The translations under genes and the position numbers were made by a program. This document shows positions 31,979-41,926 of a stretch of DNA of 64,000 nucleotides, piece by piece. Position 1 is the stretch's first letter, and each line of letters opens with the position of its first letter. The stretch is from assembly GCA_963726745.1 (NCBI GenBank), contig CAVSDR010000006.1, forward strand, positions 512,001 to 576,000, given 5' to 3'. The notes under the pieces are model-generated. The model was not told the DNA's origin. It saw only the letters and a list, made by a program, of their open reading frames with translations, and made no database searches. This DNA comes from an uncultured Verrucomicrobiae bacterium. GTDB taxonomy: Bacteria; Verrucomicrobiota; Verrucomicrobiia; Chthoniobacterales; UBA10450.

Positions 31979-33067
31979 CTAGAGCAGGGCTAATTGCTCG
32001 TTAGGCCGGCGAAAGCCGGCGGTCGAGAGCGGCACGCGTTCGCCGATCCCGGCGCGGCGTTTCGCCACTTCGAACATGCTGGCTATTTGCTGCGCAAAGA
32101 CGCCTTCGCCGGTCTGCCGCACGCCCCAGCGCGCGTCGTAGACCTTCCCGTCGCCGCCGCGCAAGTCGCGGATGCGGCCGAGGACTTTCTCCTTCCGCCC
32201 GGGGAAGTGTTCCTCCAGCCAGCGCTCAAAAAGCGGCGCCACCGCCCAGGGCAACCGGAGCACGACATAGCCGGCAAACTTCGCCCCGGCCTCGCCGGAC
32301 GCTTTCAAAATTGCCGGCACTTCGTGGTCGGTAATGCCCGGGATGATCGGCGCGACCATCACGCCGGCAGGCACGCCCGCGGCGTTCAATTGCGCGACCG
32401 CCTCCAGCCGCGCTTCCGGCGAGGAGGTGCGCGGCTCGAGGATGCGCTGGAGCTTCCGGTCTAACGAGGTGATGGAAAGGTTGACCGCGATCGCCTGATG
32501 TTCCGCCAGCCGGCGAAAGAGATCGAGGTCGCGCGTGACCAGCCGATTCTTGGTCACGATGCCGACCGGGTTGCGGAATTTAGCCAGCACTTCGAGGCAG
32601 CGCCGGGTCAGCTCGAGCTTCCGCTCGATCGGCTGGTAGGGATCGGTCACGCCGCTCAGGACCACCGTCTGCGGCTTCCATTTTGGCGAGGAAAGCTCCG
32701 CCTCGAGCAGCTCGGGCGCGCGCTCCTTGACCATGATCTTGCTTTCAAAATCGAGCCCGGCGGAGAAGCCGAGATACTCGTGCGTCGGCCGCGCGAAACA
32801 GTAAGCGCAGCCATGCTCGCAGCCGCGGTATGGATTCACGCTCGTCTCGAAGCCAACGTCCGGACTCTGGTTGCGCGAGATGATTGTCTTCGTGCCGTCG
32901 CGAAAAAATTGCGAACGCAACGGCGGCCGCTCCTCCTCGGCGCCCGGCTCCACTGGGTCGAGCTCGACCTGCAACGCCTCGAAACGATTGGCGATATTCG
33001 CCGAGGCGCCGCGGCCTTTCGCGGCCTGGGGCGCACTGGTGAACTCTGCGCGAACCGGACGAAACAT
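31979..33067 (-). CDS. Radical SAM protein, PA0069/Rv2578c (SplB-like) family
   Basis: NPYRGCEHGCAYCFARPTHEY, SGVTDPYQPIE, VAPIIPG. Confidence 0.9.
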   Translation of the reverse strand: MFRPVRAEFTSAPQAAKGRGASANIANRFEALQVELDPVEPGAEEERPPLRSQFFRDGTKTIISRNQSPDVGFETSVNPYRGCEHGCAYCFARPTHEYLGFSAGLDFESKIMVKERAPELLEAELSSPKWKPQTVVLSGVTDPYQPIERKLELTRRCLEVLAKFRNPVGIVTKNRLVTRDLDLFRRLAEHQAIAVNLSITSLDRKLQRILEPRTSSPEARLEAVAQLNAAGVPAGVMVAPIIPGITDHEVPAILKASGEAGAKFAGYVVLRLPWAVAPLFERWLEEHFPGRKEKVLGRIRDLRGGDGKVYDARWGVRQTGEGVFAQQIASMFEVAKRRAGIGERVPLSTAGFRRPNEQLALL

Positions 33068-33170
33068 CCCGTATGTTCAACTGAACGCACCACCCTGTCC
33101 AGCCGGCGGGGCAATGTTTTCCGCGCCCCGGAGTTGCCCGAAGCCCAAGTTCAACGGAGGGAAAAGAGTC

Positions 33171-34532
33171 ATGGCTAAAACCACCCCCGCCCGGAGCAAG
33201 GGATCCCTGAGCGTGCTCGCCCGGCGTTCGCCATTCACCCGCCAGGTGGTCTTGCCGGCGGAGAACTTCATCCACAGCGAATCGATCAGCGCGCTCTTCC
33301 TGCTCGCGGCCGCGATCATCGCCCTGGCTTGGGCGAACTCGCCCTGGGCGCACTCCTACTTCGGCCTGCTCGAGACCGTGATCACGGTGAAGGTCGGGCC
33401 GCTCGACATCACCGAGACGGTCCACCATTGGATCAACGATGGCCTGATGACGCTCTTCTTTTTCGTCGTCGCCCTGGAAATCAAGCGCGAGCTCGTGCGC
33501 GGCGAGCTTTCCTCAGTCAAAAAAGCCGCCCTGCCGCTGGCCGGCGCCTTCGGCGGCATGCTCGTGCCGGTGATCATTTTTCTTGGCTTTAACTACGGGA
33601 AGGCGGGCGCGCATGGCTGGGGCATTCCCATGGCGACCGACATCGCCTTCGCCCTCGGGGTGCTCGCGCTTCTCGGGAACCGCATTCCGTTTGCGCTGCG
33701 CGTGTTCCTCCTGGCTTACGCGATTGCCGACGACATCGGCGCGATCCTGGTGATCGCGGTTTTCTACACCAACCACATCTCATACGTCGCGCTCGCCTGG
33801 GGTGCGGCGATCATTTTCGCGATCCAATGCGCCCGCGTCGCCGGCGTGCGCGACATCCCGGTCTACATCATCCTCGGCGCGCTCCTCTGGGTGGCCGTGC
33901 TCGAGTCGGGCATCCACGCGACCATCGCCGGCGTGCTCCTTGGCTTCATGACTCCGGCGAGCGCCTGGTTCGGCGCGCGGGAATCCACCCAGCAGATTCA
34001 CGATGCGCTCCCGGGTCTGGAGGATTCGGTGCAACAAAAGGACTACCCGCGCACGCAGGCGATTCTCGGCGAACTGGAAGTGCTCACCCACCACACGGAA
34101 GCGCCGCTGGAGCGAATCGAGCGAATCATGCATCCGTGGACCAGCTTCCTGGTGTTGCCGATTTTCGCGCTCGCCAATGCCGGGGTCGCATTCTCCCCGG
34201 AGATGGCGCGCTCGGCTCTCTCCAGCCCGGTCACGCTCGGGATTGCCGCCGGCTTGCTCGTGGGAAAACTGTTTGGCCTAACGACCTTTTCCTGGCTGGC
34301 AGTGAAGCTGGGCGCGGCCTCGCTCCCGAATGGCGTCGGCTGGCGCCACATCTGGGGCACGGCTTTCCTCGGCGCGGTCGGCTTTACCGTCGCCATCTTC
34401 ATCAGCGGGCTGGCCTACGACGACGCCCGCATGGTCGACCAGGCCAAGATCGGCATCCTCGCGAGCTCACTCGTGGCCGCGGTCGTCGGCTGGCTTTTCC
34501 TGCGCTTCGCCGTGCCGCCCGCGCGGGAATAG
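33171..34532 (+). CDS. nhaA: Na+/H+ antiporter NhaA
   Basis: WINDGLM, LEIKRE, GWGIPMATDIAFALG, AIADDIGA, FALANAG, GFTVAIFI. Confidence 0.95.
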   Translation: MAKTTPARSKGSLSVLARRSPFTRQVVLPAENFIHSESISALFLLAAAIIALAWANSPWAHSYFGLLETVITVKVGPLDITETVHHWINDGLMTLFFFVVALEIKRELVRGELSSVKKAALPLAGAFGGMLVPVIIFLGFNYGKAGAHGWGIPMATDIAFALGVLALLGNRIPFALRVFLLAYAIADDIGAILVIAVFYTNHISYVALAWGAAIIFAIQCARVAGVRDIPVYIILGALLWVAVLESGIHATIAGVLLGFMTPASAWFGARESTQQIHDALPGLEDSVQQKDYPRTQAILGELEVLTHHTEAPLERIERIMHPWTSFLVLPIFALANAGVAFSPEMARSALSSPVTLGIAAGLLVGKLFGLTTFSWLAVKLGAASLPNGVGWRHIWGTAFLGAVGFTVAIFISGLAYDDARMVDQAKIGILASSLVAAVVGWLFLRFAVPPARE

Positions 34533-34542
34533 CCGGCAACTT

Positions 34543-35844
34543 CTACTCGAAACGGAGCGCCTTCACCGGGTCGAGCCGCGCCGCGAAATAGGCCGGGATC
34601 AACGCGGCTAACGAGCAGATGAGGAACGCGCCGATGCAGATTACGGCGACGTCGTGCGGCACCACCTCCGCGGGAATCTGCGAAAATTGGTAGACCTGCC
34701 GCGGGAAGACTTCGATTCCAAACGTGCCGGAAAGCCATTGGCTGAATTCGTTCCGGAAACGGATCAGCGTCATCCCCAAACCCAGCCCGCTCAGCGTGCC
34801 GAACACGCCCACGACCATGCCCTGCGCCAGGAAAACCCAGACGATTTGCCAGATGTTTGCGCCGATCGCCTTCATGATCCCGATCTCGCGCGTCTTCTGC
34901 ACGGTCACGGTGATGAGCGTGTTCATGATCCCGAACGCCGCCACGATGATGATGAAAAAAAGCAGGAAGAACATCACCGTGCGTTCGAGCCGCACGGCTT
35001 CGAAATACTGCGAGTTCATGTCGATCCAGGTCTGCGCGTATTCCGGCGGCTTGAGGAATTTCGTGATCGATTGCTTCACGCTTTCGGCCGCATACGGGTC
35101 GACCGTCTTGACCGTGATCCCGTGGAGCGCGTCCTCCAGCCCGTAGAGTTCCTGCCCCACGTGCACTGGCACGAGCAGGAACTCCGAGTCATGCAGGTAA
35201 TGCCCGGTCTCGAAGATGCCGGTAATCGTCAGCTCCTTCGGCAGAACGACGTCGCGCAGTTGGTCGAGCGCGGCCTTGTCCGCCGCCGCGTCTTTCGACT
35301 CCAGCTTCTTCAAGCCGTCCATGATCTGGCTGAGATTTCCCGGCGAATAGACCGTCAGCTTGTCGCCTACATCAATCTGGAGTTTGCGCGCCAGTTCCAC
35401 TCCCAGAATCGCGTTGTCCCCCTCGAGGTCGAGCTTTCCGCGAATGATAAATTTAGCCAGCGGGATGACCTTCTCTTCCTCCTCCGGATCAATCCCACGG
35501 ATCAACGGCGCCAGCCGGCGGCTCTCGAATTCCACGATCACCGGACCTTGCACGTAGGGCGCGGTCGCGACCACGCCCGGCGTGTTCCGGATTTTCACCG
35601 TCAGGTCGCGCCAATCGCTCAGCACATCCTGCGTGCTCACGAGGATGTGCGCGTCGAAGTCGATCACCTTCTGCCGCAGCTCCCGGTCAAAGCCGGTCAT
35701 GACCGCGATCACGAGGATGAGCACGGTCACGCCCAGCGTCACCCCAAGCACGGAGATGAGCGTGATGATGGAAACGAAAGTCCGCTTCGGCCGCAGGTAG
35801 CGCAGCGCGAGGAAGAGGCTGAATGGCAGTTTCAAGTCGCGCAT
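34543..35844 (-). CDS. Lipoprotein-releasing ABC transporter permease LolC/E
   Basis: ALRYLR, VIAVMTGF, KTREIGIMKAIGA, PAYFAARLDPVKALRFE. Confidence 0.9.
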   Translation of the reverse strand: MRDLKLPFSLFLALRYLRPKRTFVSIITLISVLGVTLGVTVLILVIAVMTGFDRELRQKVIDFDAHILVSTQDVLSDWRDLTVKIRNTPGVVATAPYVQGPVIVEFESRRLAPLIRGIDPEEEEKVIPLAKFIIRGKLDLEGDNAILGVELARKLQIDVGDKLTVYSPGNLSQIMDGLKKLESKDAAADKAALDQLRDVVLPKELTITGIFETGHYLHDSEFLLVPVHVGQELYGLEDALHGITVKTVDPYAAESVKQSITKFLKPPEYAQTWIDMNSQYFEAVRLERTVMFFLLFFIIIVAAFGIMNTLITVTVQKTREIGIMKAIGANIWQIVWVFLAQGMVVGVFGTLSGLGLGMTLIRFRNEFSQWLSGTFGIEVFPRQVYQFSQIPAEVVPHDVAVICIGAFLICSLAALIPAYFAARLDPVKALRFE

Positions 35845-35886
35845 ACCGTCCGCAGAAACGCGGGCGAAGCCAGCGCGGAAATCGGA

Positions 35887-36011
35887 CGAACTAGACAGGA
35901 TTTACAGGATTAAGAAGATGAACAGGATCAAATGACTCAAAAGAAACCACGCGCCATCAGCCCACAGCAATCCTGTTCATCCTGAAAATCCTGTGAATCC
36001 TGTCTCGTTCG
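35887..36011. repeat. Long imperfect inverted repeat built from ~9-bp ACAGGAT(TT) units
   Basis: Left arm 35887-35928 CGAACTAGACAGGATTTACAGGATTAAGAAGATGAACAGGAT pairs with right arm 35970-36011 with 6 mismatches in 42 bp; 41-nt spacer; AT-rich relative to flanks. Confidence 0.9.
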
Positions 36012-36021
36012 CCCGACCCGT

Positions 36022-36378
36022 TCAGACCGAGTGCGCCTGCATCTCCTCCAGGCTGACAAACTCGAGCGCGCTCGAATGCGTCGCTTCGAGATCGATCTTC
36101 CCGCCGCGGCCGCGCTCCATCGCCGCTTTCCAGCGGGTCACGCAGACGCACCATTTGTCGCCCGGCTTCAAGCCGGGAAAGCCGTACTCCGGTCGCGGCG
36201 TCATCAGGTCGTTCCCGTCGAGCACCGAGAAATCGAGGAAGTCGCGGTCCACCTCCACGCAGACGGTGTGCAGGCCCACGTCCTCCGGCCCGGTGCGACA
36301 ATAGCCATCGCGGTAAAAGCCGGTGAGCGGATCGCGGCAGCAGCACTTCAATTCCGTTCCCAGCACATTCGTCGGCAT
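36022..36378 (-). CDS. DUF2237 family protein
   Basis: NVLG...PLTGFYRDGYC...HTVC...GNDLMTPRPEYGFPGLKPGDKWCVC...ATH. Confidence 0.9.
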   Translation of the reverse strand: MPTNVLGTELKCCCRDPLTGFYRDGYCRTGPEDVGLHTVCVEVDRDFLDFSVLDGNDLMTPRPEYGFPGLKPGDKWCVCVTRWKAAMERGRGGKIDLEATHSSALEFVSLEEMQAHSV

Positions 36379-36415
36379 GGTCGAAAAACGATTACAAACC
36401 GTGGCCGCGCAAGAG

Positions 36416-36914
36416 ATGATCGCATTCTGGCTGCTTCCGGCGCCGGCGGAGCGCGCGGTTTTCGCGGCGCTCATCCGCGACTTCGCGCAACGCTGCGACG
36501 GCCCGGTCTTTGAGCCGCATCTCACCCTCGGCGGCGGGGAGCTCGAGGTTAAATTAGCCAGCGAGATGTTCGCAAAACTGCTGCCAGCGGCGCCGTTGGC
36601 ACTGGAGATTGAGCAGATCGGCTGGAGCGCGGAATACACGAAAACGCTGTTCGTCGGGTTCCGCCGCACGGCCGCCGTGGATGCGCTCAGCCGCGCAAGC
36701 GGCGGCGGCGGCGAGGAGTTCCAGCCGCACCTCAGCCTGCTCTACGCGCATCTGCCGGCCGCCCGGAAAGCGGAATTAGCCAGCGAGATCTCCCTTCCCT
36801 TTCACCCGCGTCCACTTCAACGCCGCGCAGATGATTCGCACGGAATTTCCCCTAACGAGCGGTGCGCAAGTCGAAGCCTGGCAAACGCTCGCGACCGGTC
36901 CGCTTTCCGGATGA
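36416..36914 (+). CDS. 2H phosphoesterase / cyclic phosphodiesterase-like protein (apparent frameshift about 36803)
   Basis: Two HxT/S motifs: FEPHLTL and FQPHLSL; alternative ATG at 36377. Confidence 0.75.
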
Positions 36915-36996
36915 TGCGAGCATGACCGGCACCGACATCCTCCACCCAGACAAAGACTGACGGCCGCGCCGCTCCGGTCTAACTTCCCGGGAATTT

Positions 36997-38720
36997 ATGG
37001 ACGACATTGTGGGCATCGATCTCGGCACGACCAATTCGCTTATTGGTGTGATGGAAGCGGGCTTCCCGCTCCTGCTGGCGGATCGCGACGGGCGGCGGCT
37101 GACGCCTTCCGTGGTCCACTTTCCGAAGAGCGGCGCGCCGGTCGTGGGCCGCGCGGCGGAACGGATGCGCGTGCTCGACCCGGGGAACACGATCTACTCG
37201 ATCAAGCGCTTCATGGGCCTGCGCCCGGAGGAAATTTCCGCGACCGCGGCCGGCGTCGAATACTCGTTAGGCGAGCGCACGCCGGAAGAAATCTCCGCGC
37301 TCCTGCTCGCGAAATTGAAGGCGGACGCCGAGGCGGCGCTCGGGCGCAGCGTCAGCCGCGCGGTCATCACGGTGCCGGCGTATTTCAACGACGCCCAGCG
37401 CCAGGCGACGAAAACAGCCGGCGAATTGGCCGGCTTCACGGTCGAGCGAATCGTGAACGAACCAACCGCGGCCGCGCTGGCTTACGGTCTCGATAAACTC
37501 AAAAGCCGCGCAAAAATCGCGGTCTACGATTTTGGCGGCGGCACCTTCGACGTCTCGATCCTGGAGTTGAACCAAGGCCTCTTCGAGGTCCTCTCGACCA
37601 ACGGCAACACCCGTCTGGGCGGCGATGATATCGACCAGGCGCTCCTGGAGAAATTAGGCGACCAATCGAGCGCGCTGCGCGAAGCCGCGATCGCCGCGAA
37701 GCATCGTCTCTCGGAGGAGGAGACGGTCGCGATCGAGCTGCCGTTCCACCGCGGAACGGAGAGTTTTTCGCGCACGCTGACCCGCGCCGAACTGGAGGAA
37801 ATCGCGCGCCCGATCGTGGACCGCACCCGCGCGCATTGCCGCCGGGCGTTGGCCGACGCGAAGATTTCCGCCGGCGAACTCGACGAAGTCATCCTCGTCG
37901 GCGGAACCACGCGGATGCCGCTGGTGCAGCGGACGGTCGCAGGAAATTTTCGGCCGCGCGCCGAACCTTTCGCAGAATCCGGACGAAGCCGTCGCCCTCG
38001 GCGCGACCATTCAGGCCGGGATTCTCTCGGGCGCAATCAGCGACCTCGTGTTGCTCGACGTCACTCCGCTCTCGTTAGGCATCGAGACCTTCGGAGGATT
38101 AACCAGCGTGATCATCCCGCGGAATTCCACCATCCCGGTGAAAGCCGGCGAGATGTTTACCACCGCGGTGGCGAATCAGACGGCGATGCGGATCAAGGTC
38201 CTGCAAGGCGAGCGCGAGATGGCGCGGGACAACTGGCCGCTGGGCGAGATTCGAGCTCGAGTTCGCCCCGGCCCCGAAAGGCGTGGCCCGCGTGGGCGTG
38301 CAATTCGAGATCGACGCCAACGGCATCCTCCATGTGCTCGCGCGCGACACCCTCACTGGCCACGAGAAAACCGTGGAGATCAACAGTGCGGTCGATGTCT
38401 CCGACGAAGCGGTCGAGGCGATGCTGGCCGACTCCCTGGAACACGCTTTCGAGGACATGTCCGAGCGCGTCTGGACGGAGGCGAAACTGAAAGCCGACGA
38501 GTTGATCGCGGCGGTCGAGAGCGTTTTCGGAATTTTAGCCAGCGAGATCGACCCGGCGGAGAAGCAGCGGCTGGAGGAGTTGTTAGGCGAGGTGCGCACC
38601 GCCCTCGCCGCGGGGGAAGCGCAGCGCTTGAAGCGCGCCACGGCGACGCTCGACCAGGCAACCGAACCGCTGGCCGCGCGCCTGGTCGAGCGCGCGCTGG
38701 CCGCGGCTACGACTCGTTAG
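36997..38720 (+). CDS. Hsp70-family chaperone (short, HscA/DnaK-like); apparent frameshifts about 37948 and 38252
   Basis: [66 protein letters not shown] across three ORFs. Confidence 0.88.
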
Positions 38721-40500
38721 GCGAAGCGGCCGGCGATGGGCTGGCCACGGGGGCGGCCACTTTAGCCAGCGCCTCGTCGAGGAGCTTCTTTTCCTCGAGG
38801 AAAAGCGGGCCCTTCTGCGCCGCCTCGAGATATTCCGCCGCCGCCGGCGGGTCGTTATTATCGAGATAAAGCAGGGCCACGTAGACCGCGGCATGCGGGT
38901 CGCGCAATTCCTCCTTGGGCAATTTGCCGACCACTTCCAGCGCCTCCGCAGTGCGGCCGGAGCTGTAGAGCGCAAAGGCATAGATGACTGCGGCGTGCGC
39001 ATCCTCCGGCGCGGCCTGGTAGGTCTCGCGCGCGACGCGCTGGGCTTCCTCGGTATTAGGAGCAAGCAGGAGCGCGAGGCGCGCGTAATTCCAAGCCAGC
39101 GGAAGCTCGCGCGGGGAACTTTCGTGCAGTTGCCGCGCGATCAGGAGGAGCTCCGGGAGATCGTTGGCGGCGCGGGCGTTGCGGTAGAGATTGTCGAGCG
39201 CTTCGCGACGCAGCGGCGGATTCCGGGCCACCCGCGTCCAGAGATTCTTCGCCTCCGCATTCAAATTCCAGCGACTGGCGAGCCGCGCGAGCGTGGCCTC
39301 GCGCTCGGGGGCGTCGGCAGCGGCCTTCTCGGCGGCGTGCCAAAGCGAATCGGCTTCCGCGCCCGCGCTCGCCTGCTGCGCCTGGCGGGCAGCGTAGGAT
39401 TGGTAGGCCAGCCGGAGAAATTCCGCATCGCCCCACTGGCCGCTGCGCGTCCAACGTTTTAAGCGGGACCAGTTTTTCAAGGCGGCGAAACTCTCCGCGA
39501 TCGCGACGGCCGCGGGCGGCTTCGCGGCCAGTTCGGGCGGCAATTTATCCGTCCACTTGAGCGCTTCCGCGGCGAGGCTGTTGCGGTTGAGCCACTCGAC
39601 CAGGGCGCCGACATCGGCCGGCGTGCGCGCCGCGACCGGCTTCACTTTTTCCAGGAGCGCGCTGAATTTTTTCTCGTCCAGCTTCCGGTAAAACTCGAGG
39701 CAGAGCAGGAGGTCGTTGAAGGTGACCTGCTGGGTCATCTGCAGGTCCTGCGCGAGACGGTCGGCGCGCTCGAGATCGTTTCGCTGGATGGCGTCGTTCA
39801 GAAGCGCGCGGATCGCGCCGGTGCGATAGCCAGCGACTTTGCTCAAACGCTCCAGCGTCTCGCGGGCGCGGGTGTTTTTCTCGGGATCAGGCGAACGCAC
39901 CTGGAGGACGGCGAGGTTGAACTGGTAGAGATCGTTGGCTGGTTCCTGCTGGACCGCGGCGGCGAAATGCTTCTCCAGTTCGCCATCGTTTCCCTGCGCG
40001 CGCGCCAGCCAGCCGGCGACAACATGGTAGGCCGCGCGGTCGCGCTCTTCCGGGCGCACGCGGTCGAGCGCGCGCGCGGCCACGTCGAGCTGACCAAAGC
40101 GCAGCGCGGCGGAGGCGAGGTTGAGCTGCGCCTCGGCATTGCCCGGCAGGATGCGCGCGATTTGCGCCCGCCAGGCGACCGTCTCGGCGCGGTTTTGCTT
40201 CTCCGTGGCGTCGGCTAAAATCTGGTAAGCCGGGAGCGACTCCGGCGAAACCCGGAGCATCTGGTGCGCGGCCCGGCTGGCGCCTTCGAGGTCGCCTTTT
40301 TCCTGCAGGGCAACGGCGCGTTGCAGCAGACGGCTTTGACGCCAGCCGGTGTAGGCGCGCGGCGCATAGGTGGTGAAAAGCAGGCCCAACCCCAAACCGG
40401 CGACGATCGCGAGCGCGTAAAGCAGGTAACGCGTGCGCGCGGCGAGAGCGTGTCGACTGCGCTTGCGTTTACGCCGAACGCGTCTGACCTCCTTTGCCAT
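38707..40500 (-). CDS. Membrane-anchored TPR-like helical repeat protein
   Basis: Basic N-terminus + TM helix, Ala/Leu-rich TPR-like repeats; ATG at 40500 lies within ORF 38707..41013. Confidence 0.75.
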   Translation of the reverse strand: MAKEVRRVRRKRKRSRHALAARTRYLLYALAIVAGLGLGLLFTTYAPRAYTGWRQSRLLQRAVALQEKGDLEGASRAAHQMLRVSPESLPAYQILADATEKQNRAETVAWRAQIARILPGNAEAQLNLASAALRFGQLDVAARALDRVRPEERDRAAYHVVAGWLARAQGNDGELEKHFAAAVQQEPANDLYQFNLAVLQVRSPDPEKNTRARETLERLSKVAGYRTGAIRALLNDAIQRNDLERADRLAQDLQMTQQVTFNDLLLCLEFYRKLDEKKFSALLEKVKPVAARTPADVGALVEWLNRNSLAAEALKWTDKLPPELAAKPPAAVAIAESFAALKNWSRLKRWTRSGQWGDAEFLRLAYQSYAARQAQQASAGAEADSLWHAAEKAAADAPEREATLARLASRWNLNAEAKNLWTRVARNPPLRREALDNLYRNARAANDLPELLLIARQLHESSPRELPLAWNYARLALLLAPNTEEAQRVARETYQAAPEDAHAAVIYAFALYSSGRTAEALEVVGKLPKEELRDPHAAVYVALLYLDNNDPPAAAEYLEAAQKGPLFLEEKKLLDEALAKVAAPVASPSPAASPNES

Positions 40501-40541
40501 TGCCGCCGTCTCTATGCGTGAGCCGCTGGGGCTTTGCAACT

Positions 40542-41912
40542 CTAGGCGAGCGCTTCGCTTTTGGCCGGCTCCAGTTCCGGCGCCTCCTCCAGGATCTCCT
40601 CCACCTGCTCGCGCAAACGCGGGCCCCAAACATAGCGCGCCAGCAGCACCTTGATGGTGGCGGTTAAAGGCACCGCCAGGATCGGCCCGAGCAACCCGCC
40701 GATGAGCAAACCCCAGACGAAGATGGAGACGATCACGGTCATCGGATGGAGGCCGACGGAATTGCCGACAATCCGCGGGGCCACAAAGATGGCCTCGAGA
40801 TTTTGCACCCCGAAGAAGACCACGGTGATGAGCAGCGGATGCGTCCAATCGCCCCATTGCGCCGCGGCGATGAGGACCGCCGGCACCCAGCAAATCACGA
40901 TGCCGATGTAAGGGATCATGGTGAGCAGGACCACAAGCAAACCGATGAGCGGGGCGAAGTTTAGCCCAAGGAGCATGAGCGTGATGCCGATGAGGGTGCC
41001 GTCGACCAGGCAAACCAGGAGCTGCCCGCGAAAATAAGCGACGATGTAGCGATTGATTTGCCGAAGGACGGTCGCGACCTCGCTCTTAAACGGAGACGCG
41101 CGCAGCGGCAGGTATTCGGTCCAGTGCTCCTCGATCGCAGGCCGCTCCTTGAGCAGGAAAAAGAGATAGATCGGGACCATGATGAAGCTGAAAAGAAAGC
41201 CGGTGACGCCGAGAAAGCCGCCAATGCTGGTGCGCACGAGCGCCCAAACCTTCGCGGTCACGAGCGGAAGTTGATCCTGCAGATTCGGCAGCTGCTGCTC
41301 CACCCAGACCTGGATGCGCTCGCGCTCGGCGTTGCTGATGCGCGGCTGCGGCGGGCCGATGAAGTCGCTGGCAGCCGCCGAATCCTGAGCAGCGGGCTTG
41401 GCCTTTGGCCGGGGCGATGGCGAGGCCGCCGGCAGGAGCCAATCGACCAGGCTGGTGGCGACGGCATTGCGCGAGCTGCCGGCAAACGTGGTGTGGAAGA
41501 ATTGATTGTAACGAAAGATCAGGTCGACCGTGGAATCGCGCGCCTTGACCGTGTAAACGGGAAGCTCGCGCACGAAGGCGCCCGCCTGGAGCGAGACCGT
41601 GGGCACGAGCCAGCCCAAGAGCGCGACGAGCGCAAGGCCGGCGACGGCGAAGAGCAGCCAGATCGCCTTCGCCCGGCTCATCCGGCGACGGCTCAGGTGG
41701 GTGATCACCGGGTCGAGCAGATAGGCCAGGATCACGGCGATGGCTACCGGGATGAGGATTGGCTGGAGGAAACCAAGCAATCGCCCGAGCAACCAGACGC
41801 CGGAAGCGACGATGCCGACGAGCAGCACACCGAAGAGCGCCGAGAGCGCGGTCCACATGATCTTCCGCTGGGAGGCGGTGGGATACTGCGGCGACGATTC
41901 GTTAGGCGGCAT
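40542..41912 (-). CDS. AI-2E (PerM/UPF0118) family transporter
   Basis: ILAYLLDP, YFRGQ, IPYIG, PRIVGNSVGLHP, LAVPLTA. Confidence 0.88.
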   Translation of the reverse strand: MPPNESSPQYPTASQRKIMWTALSALFGVLLVGIVASGVWLLGRLLGFLQPILIPVAIAVILAYLLDPVITHLSRRRMSRAKAIWLLFAVAGLALVALLGWLVPTVSLQAGAFVRELPVYTVKARDSTVDLIFRYNQFFHTTFAGSSRNAVATSLVDWLLPAASPSPRPKAKPAAQDSAAASDFIGPPQPRISNAERERIQVWVEQQLPNLQDQLPLVTAKVWALVRTSIGGFLGVTGFLFSFIMVPIYLFFLLKERPAIEEHWTEYLPLRASPFKSEVATVLRQINRYIVAYFRGQLLVCLVDGTLIGITLMLLGLNFAPLIGLLVVLLTMIPYIGIVICWVPAVLIAAAQWGDWTHPLLITVVFFGVQNLEAIFVAPRIVGNSVGLHPMTVIVSIFVWGLLIGGLLGPILAVPLTATIKVLLARYVWGPRLREQVEEILEEAPELEPAKSEALA

Positions 41913-41926
41913 GATCGCAGCGAGCG

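Noticed and set aside
35887..36011. CRISPR array
   Set aside because: Units are 9 bp, inverted and lack unique spacers; no cas genes in the window.
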